Shown here in pieces: positions 45,623 to 54,522 of a stretch of DNA of 58,344 nucleotides. Positions within the stretch are counted from its first letter, which is position 1. Each line of letters opens with the position of its first letter. The stretch is from NCBI GenBank assembly GCA_964630055.1, contig CAZVRA010000004.1, positions 1 to 58,344 on the forward strand, in the 5' to 3' direction. The DNA comes from an uncultured Candidatus Saccharibacteria bacterium. GTDB taxonomy: Bacteria > Patescibacteriota > Saccharimonadia > Saccharimonadales > CAZVRA01. The translations under genes and the position numbers were made by a program. The notes below the pieces were generated by a model. The model was not told where the DNA came from, did not search any database, and saw only the letters and a program-made list of their open reading frames with translations.

Positions 45623-46547
45623 TCTTGCTCGGTTTGGCTCTAGACTTGGTCTTGGCAGATTTTCTCATACTGTCAGCATCTTTGGGCCAACGCCACTGCC
45701 AAACACCGCAAACAATTAAATAGCTAGCCACCGCATAAATTATGCCTAAAATAGCATCTATGGCATAATGCTCGCCTTGGTAGACTGTGCCAACGTAAAT
45801 CATAATTGGATAAATGGCGGCCAAAATTGACCAACGCTTGTCGAATAGTCGCCAAATAATTAGCAAAAACAGGGTAGCATAAGCCGAGTGCAGTGATGGT
45901 ACTGCCGCAACGGGGTTAGGACTTAGCTTGTTATATAAGGAAGGAAAGTCGTGAATACCCAGAGCTCGCCAAACGTCACTCGATATGCGCAGTATGGGCT
46001 CAATTAAGCCTTTATCGCTAGCCATCCAGGGTGGTGCGGCCGGGAATAAGGCGTAAGTAACAAATCCGGCAAAAGACAGCAAAATATAGCATACTACATA
46101 AGGCCAATAAAATTTGGCGCGTTTTTTCCATACCAATATGGCAAGACCAAGCGGCAAAATAAAATGCAACATATAAAAAATATAAAATGCAAAGTCGTAC
46201 CACTGTACGTGTCCATGCCACCAATGTTTTTGCAGCCAAGCTGTTGGCAGCGCGCCACCAAATAAATAGCGGTCAGCGCCCGGCATCCATAAGTAGTTAA
46301 CGTGATTATTTAAGTGAGTCGCCAGACCTCTAAAAGATTCATATACCAGCAGCAAAATTACAAATGGGCCAAGCCGTTTTAGCATAGCCCAGGCTTGACC
46401 AAAAATCATAAACACAAATGTCAGAAATACCAGGATTTTATCTGGAGTTGGCCAGCTAGGCTGCCTAGCAAATATTATTAGGCAAATAAGACTGCCGACT
46501 ATGCCAATTATTTGCGAAAAATGTTTGATTTTGACTTTTGCTAACAT
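45594..46547 (-). CDS. PAP2-superfamily membrane protein (AUR1/PAP2_3-like)
   Basis: 317 aa, multi-TM. Motifs VPSLHSAYA and YQGEHYAIDAILG (PSxH ... HYxxD). The 3' end overlaps the trmD 3' end by 29 nt, convergently. Confidence 0.65.
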   Translation of the reverse strand: MLAKVKIKHFSQIIGIVGSLICLIIFARQPSWPTPDKILVFLTFVFMIFGQAWAMLKRLGPFVILLLVYESFRGLATHLNNHVNYLWMPGADRYLFGGALPTAWLQKHWWHGHVQWYDFAFYIFYMLHFILPLGLAILVWKKRAKFYWPYVVCYILLSFAGFVTYALFPAAPPWMASDKGLIEPILRISSDVWRALGIHDFPSLYNKLSPNPVAAVPSLHSAYATLFLLIIWRLFDKRWSILAAIYPIMIYVGTVYQGEHYAIDAILGIIYAVASYLIVCGVWQWRWPKDADSMRKSAKTKSRAKPSKTNHPTPAKL

Positions 46548-46686
46548 GCTATTAGTATAAACACTAAAATTGTAGTATCAAAGTCTGATTGTTGATCTGA
46601 GCTCAAGCTGCATTTTTGGTCAACTAATCAAAACGGTGTACAATGTCTTTGTGTTGTAATCAAATAACTAAAATTGGAGGGAAGTT

Positions 46687-47028
46687 ATGGACGGAAACAA
46701 CGACACCAACCCAGCTAGCGATCAATCAGCACCGCTAACGTCAGATTTTGGCGCTCAAAACGATGCTCAGCCATCATCGGATGCCAATCTTGGCACCGAT
46801 GTTGCTGGTAATATTCCGCAAGCAGAGCCACCAATGGATGAATCGGCCAACACCGAAGCCAGTGCTATCGATCTGTCGGCACTAAATCTAGACGATACCG
46901 AGCAGTCTGCTGCCCCAAATGATATGACAGTCAATCAAGGCCAAGACGTCCCAGCTCCTAGCCAGGGCGAAACTGATGGTGGGGCGACTTCACCACAAGT
47001 AGAGCCACCGGTCGGTGGTGCGTTCTAA
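46687..47028 (+). CDS. Low-complexity acidic hypothetical protein
   Basis: 113-aa ORF rich in D/N/Q/S/P/A. GGAGG RBS upstream. No motif. Confidence 0.4.
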   Translation: MDGNNDTNPASDQSAPLTSDFGAQNDAQPSSDANLGTDVAGNIPQAEPPMDESANTEASAIDLSALNLDDTEQSAAPNDMTVNQGQDVPAPSQGETDGGATSPQVEPPVGGAF

Positions 47029-48298
47029 AAGCAAAAGACTGATATATTCATATCGTACTGCGCCTAAAGAGCGCGGTGCTAGGTCTAGTGTTGGTCCAGC
47101 TTTTTATATTTGGCGGCTAATATTTTTGTTGACATTTTTGGCAATTTGCGGAGTTGTTTTTTGGTTTTATAAAACCAAACACTCCAAGCAGCCCGTCGAT
47201 TCTGTAGGCGCATCAACTTCTTCGCCGCAAAATCATTCCAAAGAAGTTACCTATAAAACTGCGGAAGGCCGTTATTTATTTAATGGCACAATTGTTCTGG
47301 CGCGCGCGGTCGAAAAATATGCTCGTGGTAAATATACTCAGCCTTTTAGCCAACTAAATACATTGAACCCCGAAAAATACGATGCTTGGACAGCTAACTT
47401 GGAATGTCCGATAACCAACAACCAGGTTAGTTACGAAACACAAGTCAATAACTTGGTTTTTAATTGCCGACCAGAGTGGTTGCCGGAGCTGACCAAAAAT
47501 TTTCAGATTCTTAATTTGGCTAATAATCATACTGGCGACCAGGGTGTAAAAACTGGCATGCAAGATACGCAAAAATATTTATCTCAAACCAAATCTCAGT
47601 TTTTTGGCAACTATGATCCTTCGGTAATTAACGATATATGTGAGGTTGTGGCGTTGCCAATTCGCGCCAAAAGCCATAGTGGGCAAGAACAAAAAGCGAC
47701 TCTGCCGGTAGCTTTTTGCGGATGGCATTATTTTAACTTTAATCGAGGACCTACCCAGCAAGAATTGGACGTTATAAAGCAGTATTATCAGTATATGCCG
47801 GTATTTGGCTTTATAGAGATGGGCGCAGAATATCAGGCAGAGGCCGGAGCTGCCCAGCGGTCGATTGCAAAAGCCGTGGTTGATGCTGGAGCGGATATGG
47901 TCTTGGCCAATAATCCTCACTGGGTCCAAGACAGCGAAGTGTATAAAGGCAAATTAATTGTTTATAGTTTGGGTAATTTTATATTCGACCAAATCGATGC
48001 CGAAACACAGCGAGGAGTAAGTATAGATATGACTCTAGGGCTGCATGCAGGGGATTTGGACGAGACTATGGATAAGTGGTTGTCGTTTGGCCAAGAGTGT
48101 GCAGCTTTTAAAGATTCGTGCTTAGAAAAAATTAAGCAACAAAAGTTGGGCAAGCTCAAATTTGATTTAATTTTTAATACTCCGGTGGCCAGCCAGGGCG
48201 GCGCTGGCAAAATAACTCACCGGGCTTCGCCTGAGGTTCAGCAAGCAGTAGAAAAGCGTTTGCGTTGGCAGGAAACAAAAAAACAGCTCGGGCAATAA
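47015..48298 (+). CDS. CapA/PgsA-family metallophosphatase-like protein, membrane anchored
   Basis: 427 aa, GTG start. N-terminal TM helix. NLANNHTGDQG and VYSLGNFIFDQ motifs typical of CapA. Confidence 0.7.
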   Translation: MVRSKSKRLIYSYRTAPKERGARSSVGPAFYIWRLIFLLTFLAICGVVFWFYKTKHSKQPVDSVGASTSSPQNHSKEVTYKTAEGRYLFNGTIVLARAVEKYARGKYTQPFSQLNTLNPEKYDAWTANLECPITNNQVSYETQVNNLVFNCRPEWLPELTKNFQILNLANNHTGDQGVKTGMQDTQKYLSQTKSQFFGNYDPSVINDICEVVALPIRAKSHSGQEQKATLPVAFCGWHYFNFNRGPTQQELDVIKQYYQYMPVFGFIEMGAEYQAEAGAAQRSIAKAVVDAGADMVLANNPHWVQDSEVYKGKLIVYSLGNFIFDQIDAETQRGVSIDMTLGLHAGDLDETMDKWLSFGQECAAFKDSCLEKIKQQKLGKLKFDLIFNTPVASQGGAGKITHRASPEVQQAVEKRLRWQETKKQLGQ

Positions 48299-48309
48299 AG
48301 CCCGAGCTG
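48275..48309 (-). terminator. Rho-independent terminator for the minus-strand stress operon (overlaps the capA-like stop codon)
   Basis: 10-bp stem cagctcgggc/gcccgagctg with a 6-nt loop. On the minus strand it is followed by ttttttt. Confidence 0.6.
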
Positions 48310-48340
48310 CTAATCAGATCTACTACACAAAACCTACTAT

Positions 48341-48754
48341 TTATTCGTCGGCCGCTTCGCGCTTAACACCCACTATGCGCATAATTATCCAGGCGGCTAA
48401 GCCCCAGGCTAAAATAGCAACCACAGTTTCTATTTCGAAATGGCTACCCGTTTGCCCAAGGTTAGTATTGATACTAAACAAAGATCTAAATGGTGCTACC
48501 ATCCAGCCGGTTAGACTGTAAATAAGGTGAGCAAAACCATTAGCCCGGTTAGCGGCCAACAGAGATAGAAGAATTCTAATCCCCATCAAGGCGGCCATTA
48601 TACCGTAAATCAGATAAACAATATGCTGAGTTGTTACTACGCTGTCGGCTTCAACGTCGCGTTTGGTAGTTACTTGTCGGCGCTGGACGGTATTACCGGC
48701 CTGATCTCGAAATGTCTTGTTCTTAACGTCGACCTGTGTTTTATCGTAATCCAT
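48341..48754 (-). CDS. YggT-like membrane protein
   Basis: 137 aa. IRILLSLLAANRANGFAHLIYSLTGWMVAPFRSLF resembles the YggT repeat. Two or three TM helices. Confidence 0.4.
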   Translation of the reverse strand: MDYDKTQVDVKNKTFRDQAGNTVQRRQVTTKRDVEADSVVTTQHIVYLIYGIMAALMGIRILLSLLAANRANGFAHLIYSLTGWMVAPFRSLFSINTNLGQTGSHFEIETVVAILAWGLAAWIIMRIVGVKREAADE

Positions 48755-48765
48755 GTTAATAGCTC

Positions 48766-48987
48766 CTAAGCCGCAACACTTTGCAGCCCGTTAATATGCT
48801 TTTGAAGTTCACTTATAGAATGCATTAGTGTTTCGTATTTATGCTGCAAGGACAAAAAATCCGAAACATTATCGCGCAAGTACGATGCATCAATTCTACG
48901 AGCTAATTCTCGCCTTTTGTATTCTAATGATCGTAAACGTTTGTAACATTGTTTAAGATTAGTGTTCACTTTATTACCCTCCCGCAA
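48766..48987 (-). CDS. Small hypothetical coiled-coil protein
   Basis: 73-aa ORF lying between the GlsB-like and YggT-like genes. Confidence 0.4.
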   Translation of the reverse strand: MREGNKVNTNLKQCYKRLRSLEYKRRELARRIDASYLRDNVSDFLSLQHKYETLMHSISELQKHINGLQSVAA

Positions 48988-49036
48988 TCATTTATGCGAA
49001 ACCTATTAAATTGCTTGTTAAGTTAGCTAATTGAGA

Positions 49037-49288
49037 CTAACGATGAGCCACTGCTTTGTATATGAATAGCAGAATCACGGCACCCATTATGGCTACTATG
49101 GCACTGTAGAGGTTAAAACCAGTTACTCCCGATTTACCAATCAGATTCATAACAAAACCACCAATAAATGCTCCGATAATACCTACAATAATGTTAGCTA
49201 GCGCACCTTGCTGGGCATCTGTTCCAGCGATTAATGATGCTATCCATCCAGCTAAGGCTCCAAAAATGATCCATACAATAATTGACAT
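49037..49288 (-). CDS. GlsB/YeaQ/YmgE-family stress membrane protein (transglycosylase-associated)
   Basis: 83 aa. IIVWIIFGALAGWIASLI...GIIGAFIGGFV, glycine-zipper TM pattern. Confidence 0.8.
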   Translation of the reverse strand: MSIIVWIIFGALAGWIASLIAGTDAQQGALANIIVGIIGAFIGGFVMNLIGKSGVTGFNLYSAIVAIMGAVILLFIYKAVAHR

Positions 49289-49339
49289 AATTTTACCTTT
49301 CTAAATTTATAAATAATAATTTTGAACTGTAGCCACTGT

Positions 49340-49453
49340 TTAATGGCGGCTGTCTAGTCTGTCGACGTCAAAATGTTGACCGAAAACTTCGGGAAACACT
49401 TCGGCTTTCCGGTTTAGGAATCGTGCAATACGTACGTCTAATGTTGATCTCAT
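49340..49453 (-). CDS. Possible 37-aa small protein
   Basis: MRSTLDVRIARFLNRKAEVFPEVFGQHFDVDRLDSRH preceded by AAGGGGGG 6 nt upstream. Below the track cutoff. Confidence 0.3.
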   Translation of the reverse strand: MRSTLDVRIARFLNRKAEVFPEVFGQHFDVDRLDSRH

Positions 49454-49700
49454 AGTTCACCCCCCTTAGAAGTCACTATCGAATTAATTAGTCTTATGTT
49501 GTTTGCATGTTGCTAAATCTTGATTTTGTTGTTGTGCGATTGACCTGATTGTTAATGTGCCGCTTCGCAGCATATTTGATTTTGCTGACGGCTATGAACC
49601 TATACTAGCTCGTCCATTAGTTCGCAACTATGATCCGGCTCACGCCGAAAATGTGATCCAGTTCACAATATAGGCACCATAAACAGGTATAATGGTTATT

Positions 49701-51449
49701 ATGAAATCACTATTAGCCAAAAAGACAGACTTGCACGATAAGCAGGTTAGGGTATACGCCATAGTAATATTAATAGTTGTAGGTATGGGAATTTTAGCCA
49801 GCTATGTTTTATCAAATGCTGCCAGTGTACGCCAACGCAAAGATCAAGACCTAGCCGGCATCAGACAGTCCGATGAACTGACACAGTATCTCGAGGGGCG
49901 TTTGTCTACTTATCAGCAAATACTTTTTTCGGCAGCTGGTTTGGTATCGGTTAAGGGTCGCGAAAATTTATCTCAAAGCGATTGGCGCCATTTTGTCGAA
50001 TGGCTGCAAAATGATCAACGAGCAGCAGAGGTGCTAGGTATTGGCTATGCAAGGCGCACCGATGAAGGTAGCGACATCGATAAGGCCACATCAGCTATAA
50101 CATATATTGAGCCTTTTAACGATATCAACCAAAGGGTTGTTGGTTATGATATGTTTTCGGAGTCTAATCGTCGTGTGGCTATGCGGCGAGCTGCTCTTAA
50201 TGGCACAGTGGTAATGACGGCGCCAGTTGTTGCCCGTCAGGATATAGCTGCTGGTAATAGTCATGATAATTACAGCATATTACTTTACTATCCGGTTTAT
50301 CAGGATGGTGTTAGATCGCCCGAAGAATCTTTGCGGCCTCAACTGCTGCGGGGCTGGGTTTACGCAATTGTTAGAGCAACCGATATTATGCAAAACCGAG
50401 ATAAAAGTCTGTTCCAAGATGGGGTAACTTATTCTATAACTGATGTTGCCGAAGGACAAAATAAACAGTTTTTTTCTAATAAATATGGTGCCTCTGGGAA
50501 CAACTTAAAATCTAATAGTGACAATTATCAGCGACATATTGATGCTCTTGGCCGAAAATGGCAAACCGATTTATCGATTCCCAAAGAATTCATTAGCCAC
50601 AGCGCCACGCCGCTTTTGGTATTTATTACTGGCGTATTGTTGAGTTCTATGCTGGGCGCTATTTTGTTTGGCCTGCTATCGAGACGTCACCGAGATGTTG
50701 TAGCTGGTCATAGGGCCGACATTCAGCGCACAAAGGACGAAATATTGGCATTGGCATCACACCAGCTTCGGACTCCGGCCACAGGGGTAAGACAATACTT
50801 GGCAATGCTAGAAGCTGGCTACTTTGGCAATTTAAATAAAGAGCAGGCCGAAGTTGCCAATAAGGCCAGCCTTGCCAATAACCGCCAGTTAGAAATTATT
50901 GACCAGCTACTTTATGTCGCCAAGGCCGATGCTGGCCAGCTGATGATTAAACCAGCCAATTTTGACCTTGCAGCTATGCTCAAGGCTACCGTTGAGTCTT
51001 TTTCCGAGGATACCCAACAAAAGAAAATATCCGTCCGGCTAAAAAGTCCTGATAAGCTAATGGTTTTGGGCGATAGTCGCTATATTCAGATGGTCTTGGA
51101 TAATTTAATAAGTAATGCAATTAAATATTCTTATACCAAGTCTAGCATAAGCATAAATCTTAGGTCTGTCAGTCGCCGGCTAGAGCTGAGCATAACCGAT
51201 AAAGGGGTTGGAATTGCCGAAGACGATATGAATAAGCTATTCAAAAAATTTAGTCGAATAGAAAATCCACTTTCTAGAACCGAGGGCGGTAGTGGTTTGG
51301 GATTATTTTTGGCCCAAAAATTGGCTCGGGCGCATGGCGGTAGAATTAAGGTTCAATCTGTTGTCGGCAAGGGTTCCAGCTTTATTCTTACTATGCCTAT
51401 ACAATCTCGGAAACTAAAATCTGTTATCCAGATCACAGAATCTGCTTAA
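49701..51449 (+). CDS. Sensor histidine kinase with an extracytoplasmic CHASE-like domain
   Basis: H-box SHQLRTPAT. N and G boxes (NLISNAIKYS, DKGVGI, GGSGLGLFLA). Two TM segments flank a periplasmic domain of about 270 aa. TATAAT 7 nt upstream favours ATG 49701 over 49692. Confidence 0.85.
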   Translation: MKSLLAKKTDLHDKQVRVYAIVILIVVGMGILASYVLSNAASVRQRKDQDLAGIRQSDELTQYLEGRLSTYQQILFSAAGLVSVKGRENLSQSDWRHFVEWLQNDQRAAEVLGIGYARRTDEGSDIDKATSAITYIEPFNDINQRVVGYDMFSESNRRVAMRRAALNGTVVMTAPVVARQDIAAGNSHDNYSILLYYPVYQDGVRSPEESLRPQLLRGWVYAIVRATDIMQNRDKSLFQDGVTYSITDVAEGQNKQFFSNKYGASGNNLKSNSDNYQRHIDALGRKWQTDLSIPKEFISHSATPLLVFITGVLLSSMLGAILFGLLSRRHRDVVAGHRADIQRTKDEILALASHQLRTPATGVRQYLAMLEAGYFGNLNKEQAEVANKASLANNRQLEIIDQLLYVAKADAGQLMIKPANFDLAAMLKATVESFSEDTQQKKISVRLKSPDKLMVLGDSRYIQMVLDNLISNAIKYSYTKSSISINLRSVSRRLELSITDKGVGIAEDDMNKLFKKFSRIENPLSRTEGGSGLGLFLAQKLARAHGGRIKVQSVVGKGSSFILTMPIQSRKLKSVIQITESA

Positions 51450-51473
51450 TAGTTGGTGTAACATAAGTGTGAC

Positions 51474-51869
51474 ATGCCAGATAGGGTAACAAAAAAGATT
51501 TTGCTGGTCGAAGACGACGCTACACTAAACGATGCTTTTAGTATTCTTTTAAGTAAAGAAGGCTTTTTGGTTAAATCGGTTTTTAATGGCAAGGAAGCGC
51601 TGCACAAGTTAACATCTTTTAGGCCTGATTTAATACTGCTCGACTTATTAATGCCTATTATGGACGGTAAAGAATTTTTGCGAGTTTTTCCGAACCCGTC
51701 TAATATACCAATTGTAGTTTTTAGTAATTTAGATGCCAAATCGGATGTTAAAGAGGTAATAGATCTGGGTGCTGACCGGTTTATTCTAAAAGCCTGGGCT
51801 TCGCCCAAAGAATTAGTTCGAGTTATCAGCGACACATTGTCGCCCGGACTTAGCGGCGACAAAGTTTAA
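51474..51869 (+). CDS. Single-domain response regulator (receiver only)
   Basis: 131 aa. ILLVEDD, phospho-acceptor LILLDLLMPIMDG, conserved K (FILKAW). Confidence 0.85.
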   Translation: MPDRVTKKILLVEDDATLNDAFSILLSKEGFLVKSVFNGKEALHKLTSFRPDLILLDLLMPIMDGKEFLRVFPNPSNIPIVVFSNLDAKSDVKEVIDLGADRFILKAWASPKELVRVISDTLSPGLSGDKV

Positions 51870-52471
51870 GTACTGATATCTAATTTTATTAGTTCATCAT
51901 CGATCAAATTTCTGAGTTTGGACATATTAAGAGCGTAGTGCTTATTTTTTTCTACTACAACTCCAGAATCTTTGAGCTTGGCTAGCTCAATGCTAGTAGT
52001 CTCGCGGGACATGTTGCTCATATCAGCCAGATCTTGCTGGGTTAGCTTTAAGTTAATTCTTATAAAATTCTTGTTAATCAGCGGTACGCCGAAACGTACT
52101 GCTAAATACCGCAATGTATGAACTAGTTTGTCGTGAGCATTCATTTGTACCAGGGCGTTTATATGCAGCAGGGCTCCTAAATAATGCCGCGATTGATCCC
52201 TGGCGTCCATTTTTAGGTCTTCTGGCGCAACATTTTGTAGTTGGACATCAGTCATTGCTTGGTAGTAAAAAAGAGCAGTTGGCATGGATTTGCTGTCGGT
52301 GTAGGTTGGGAATGAATCGCCTTCGCTATAAAGTGCCACGACTATTTCGTTGCCATTAGACAAAACAGTGTACATTTTTACAATGCCTTTTTTTATAACG
52401 TAGAGCTGTGGGCGCACCTCACCTTGATACAGTATGATCTGGTGCTTTTTTATTTGGCGGCTTCTGTCCAT
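51866..52471 (-). CDS. Crp/Fnr-family transcriptional regulator
   Basis: Trimmed to ATG 52471, which has TATACT 6 nt upstream. cNMP-binding-like beta barrel, plus C-terminal HTH LTQQDLADMSNMSRETTSIELAKLKDSGVV. Confidence 0.75.
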   Translation of the reverse strand: MDRSRQIKKHQIILYQGEVRPQLYVIKKGIVKMYTVLSNGNEIVVALYSEGDSFPTYTDSKSMPTALFYYQAMTDVQLQNVAPEDLKMDARDQSRHYLGALLHINALVQMNAHDKLVHTLRYLAVRFGVPLINKNFIRINLKLTQQDLADMSNMSRETTSIELAKLKDSGVVVEKNKHYALNMSKLRNLIDDELIKLDIST

Positions 52472-52502
52472 AAATACAGTATAGTGTATAGTTAGTAGTA
52501 TT

Positions 52503-53063
52503 ATGAAACAAAATAAATTGTTGATAATTTTGGGAAGTGTTAGACAGGGTCGGGCTGCCGACGGTCTTTTGGCTACTGTCAAAGGTCTGATCAAACCTCA
52601 AGATGGTATCGATATTTCTGTGGCTGATCCGCTAAAGCTAAATTTACCGCTATTTGATGACTCGGCTACCCCTAGTGATCCAAGTTTTTCTCCAAAACAC
52701 AAAGGAGTCATTGAACTTATTGGTTTGGCCGAGGCGGCCGATGCTGTCTTAATACTTTCGCCCGAGTACAACCATGGCATTCCGGCGGCATTAAAAAACT
52801 TGCTCGATTGGACTTACCAACCCTGGAAAGGCAAAAGAGCTGGTTTGGTTGGATACGGTTGGCACGGCGCTCCATTTGCCCGCAAGCATCTGCATGATGT
52901 TTTGGATCGTTTGGGTTTTGAGCTGCTTAAGCCAGATGTAGAGCTAGTTTTTAAGACAAATATTGAAATTGACGGCAGTCCAGCCGACAGCCAGCCAGGG
53001 ACTGGGGCGCTAAAACAACTACGCGATCTTATAAATGCGCTAAACAGCAATAAGACTGCCTAA
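52503..53063 (+). CDS. NAD(P)H-dependent FMN reductase family protein
   Basis: 186 aa. LLIILGSVRQGR and SPEYNHGIPAALKNLLDW motifs. Confidence 0.8.
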   Translation: MKQNKLLIILGSVRQGRAADGLLATVKGLIKPQDGIDISVADPLKLNLPLFDDSATPSDPSFSPKHKGVIELIGLAEAADAVLILSPEYNHGIPAALKNLLDWTYQPWKGKRAGLVGYGWHGAPFARKHLHDVLDRLGFELLKPDVELVFKTNIEIDGSPADSQPGTGALKQLRDLINALNSNKTA

Positions 53064-53085
53064 AAACTTGCTACATTCACTGCAT

Positions 53086-53673
53086 TTAAGTGTAGAAACG
53101 GAATACTATGGCCATGGCTACAATGGCTGCTATGGCTATCCAGATCATAATGTCTTTGTTGCCAACGTTAAAGTTGGCAAGTTTTTGCTTTGTTTGACCG
53201 GAAAATGGGTAATCGGACAAATTGATTCTGTGCCATGTGGCGTTGACGGCTAGAAGACCAACAAAACAGAAAAGGCAGAAAATACAGATTGAACCAATGG
53301 CGTATGTGCTCTGTTGTAAAAACCACAATGCAAAACCCAGCGTGAACAAGCTGAGGAACTGTACTCCTAGACGCATTTTTTTGCTTATAGTGCCACCGGT
53401 TAAGCCAACTAAGGCAGTGACAAAAAAAGTAACGAATAACACGAGGCACATAATTGAATTTGGGAAACCAAAAACGGAGCTTTGCCAGGCATTTAAAACA
53501 TTATTGCAGTTAAATACGCTGTTAAGATTGCACGGCAAAAGGGCATTGGTGTTTTTTAATAGAGTTATTTTATCTAACGTTTGCCAAAAAGCGGCTACTA
53601 CGCCAATAGCAGCGCCGATTGCCATTATTCTGTAGTAGTTGGGTGTAGATTTTCTGATTGTGACTTTAGCCAT
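53086..53673 (-). CDS. Vitamin K epoxide reductase (VKOR) family membrane protein
   Basis: Loop cysteines CNLNSVFNC and TM CXXC (CIFC). Four or five TM helices. ATG 53673 (MAKVTI...) is preferred over 53700. Confidence 0.7.
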   Translation of the reverse strand: MAKVTIRKSTPNYYRIMAIGAAIGVVAAFWQTLDKITLLKNTNALLPCNLNSVFNCNNVLNAWQSSVFGFPNSIMCLVLFVTFFVTALVGLTGGTISKKMRLGVQFLSLFTLGFALWFLQQSTYAIGSICIFCLFCFVGLLAVNATWHRINLSDYPFSGQTKQKLANFNVGNKDIMIWIAIAAIVAMAIVFRFYT

Positions 53674-53763
53674 AGTATTATTATGGCACCTAAATGGCAT
53701 AAATCATAATATTAGTTGTGCGGCTTTATGTGGGGCCATGTTTTTTGAGCTATACTAATGTGC

Positions 53764-54522
53764 ATGAGCATGACTAAAAAAATTATCATTGTGGCTGCTT
53801 TGCTTTTTGGTGCTCTGGCTGGGATATATAGTCTGAAATACAAAAATCAAAAAAATGCTGGATTTTCGACGGCGCCAAACCAATCAGGAGCAGGCAACAG
53901 TATTAAGTTCGACAAAAAGGCTTATTCGCTGACCGATCCATCTAGCCCGTGGATAGTTGTTAATAAGAAGCGGCCGCTTGATCCGGCCGATTATGAGCCA
54001 AAAGATTTAACAGTACCCAAGGTTTTGCTGCGAGTGCCCGGCAACGACAGCATGAGGCTGCGTCAAGAAGCGGCTAAGGCGCTAGAGGATATGTTTTTGG
54101 CTGCTGAGCAAAAAGGCCTAAAAATAATGTTGGCCAGTGGATACCGTTCTTATGCCTACCAGACAAATTTATACAACGGTTATGTTCAGTCTCAAGGTCA
54201 GGCAAAGGCAGACGGTTTGAGCGCTAGGCCGGGGTATAGTGAACATCAGACAGGCTGGGGCGTCGATATAGAAGGCGCCGATCGGTCATGCGAGCTTGAA
54301 GCTTGCTTTGCTGACAAGCCAGAAGGTAAGTGGTTGGAACAGAATGCTTATAAATATGGTTGGTTGCTACGCTATACGCCAGATAAAGTAAGCATTACTG
54401 GCTACCAAAGCGAGCCCTGGCATTTTAGGTATGTTGGCAAGCTTTTGGCACAGGAATTGGAGAGGCAGAATATAAAAACTCTTGAGGAGTTTTTTGGAGT
54501 GCCCGGCGGCCAAGCTTACTAG
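53764..54522 (+). CDS. VanY/M15B-family D-alanyl-D-alanine carboxypeptidase
   Basis: SGYRSY..Q, SEHQTGWGVD and EPWHFRYVG motifs. N-terminal TM anchor. TATACT 7 nt upstream of ATG 53764; the track starts at 53758. Confidence 0.85.
   Translation: MSMTKKIIIVAALLFGALAGIYSLKYKNQKNAGFSTAPNQSGAGNSIKFDKKAYSLTDPSSPWIVVNKKRPLDPADYEPKDLTVPKVLLRVPGNDSMRLRQEAAKALEDMFLAAEQKGLKIMLASGYRSYAYQTNLYNGYVQSQGQAKADGLSARPGYSEHQTGWGVDIEGADRSCELEACFADKPEGKWLEQNAYKYGWLLRYTPDKVSITGYQSEPWHFRYVGKLLAQELERQNIKTLEEFFGVPGGQAY

Noticed and set aside
51446-51862. 138-aa minus-strand ORF
   Set aside because: It is antisense to the response-regulator gene, which has all the receiver motifs.
53222-53635. 137-aa plus-strand ORF (and 53168-53449 on the minus strand) inside the VKOR gene
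   Set aside because: These are alternative-frame or antisense shadows of a multi-TM gene that carries recognisable CXXC and loop-cysteine motifs.
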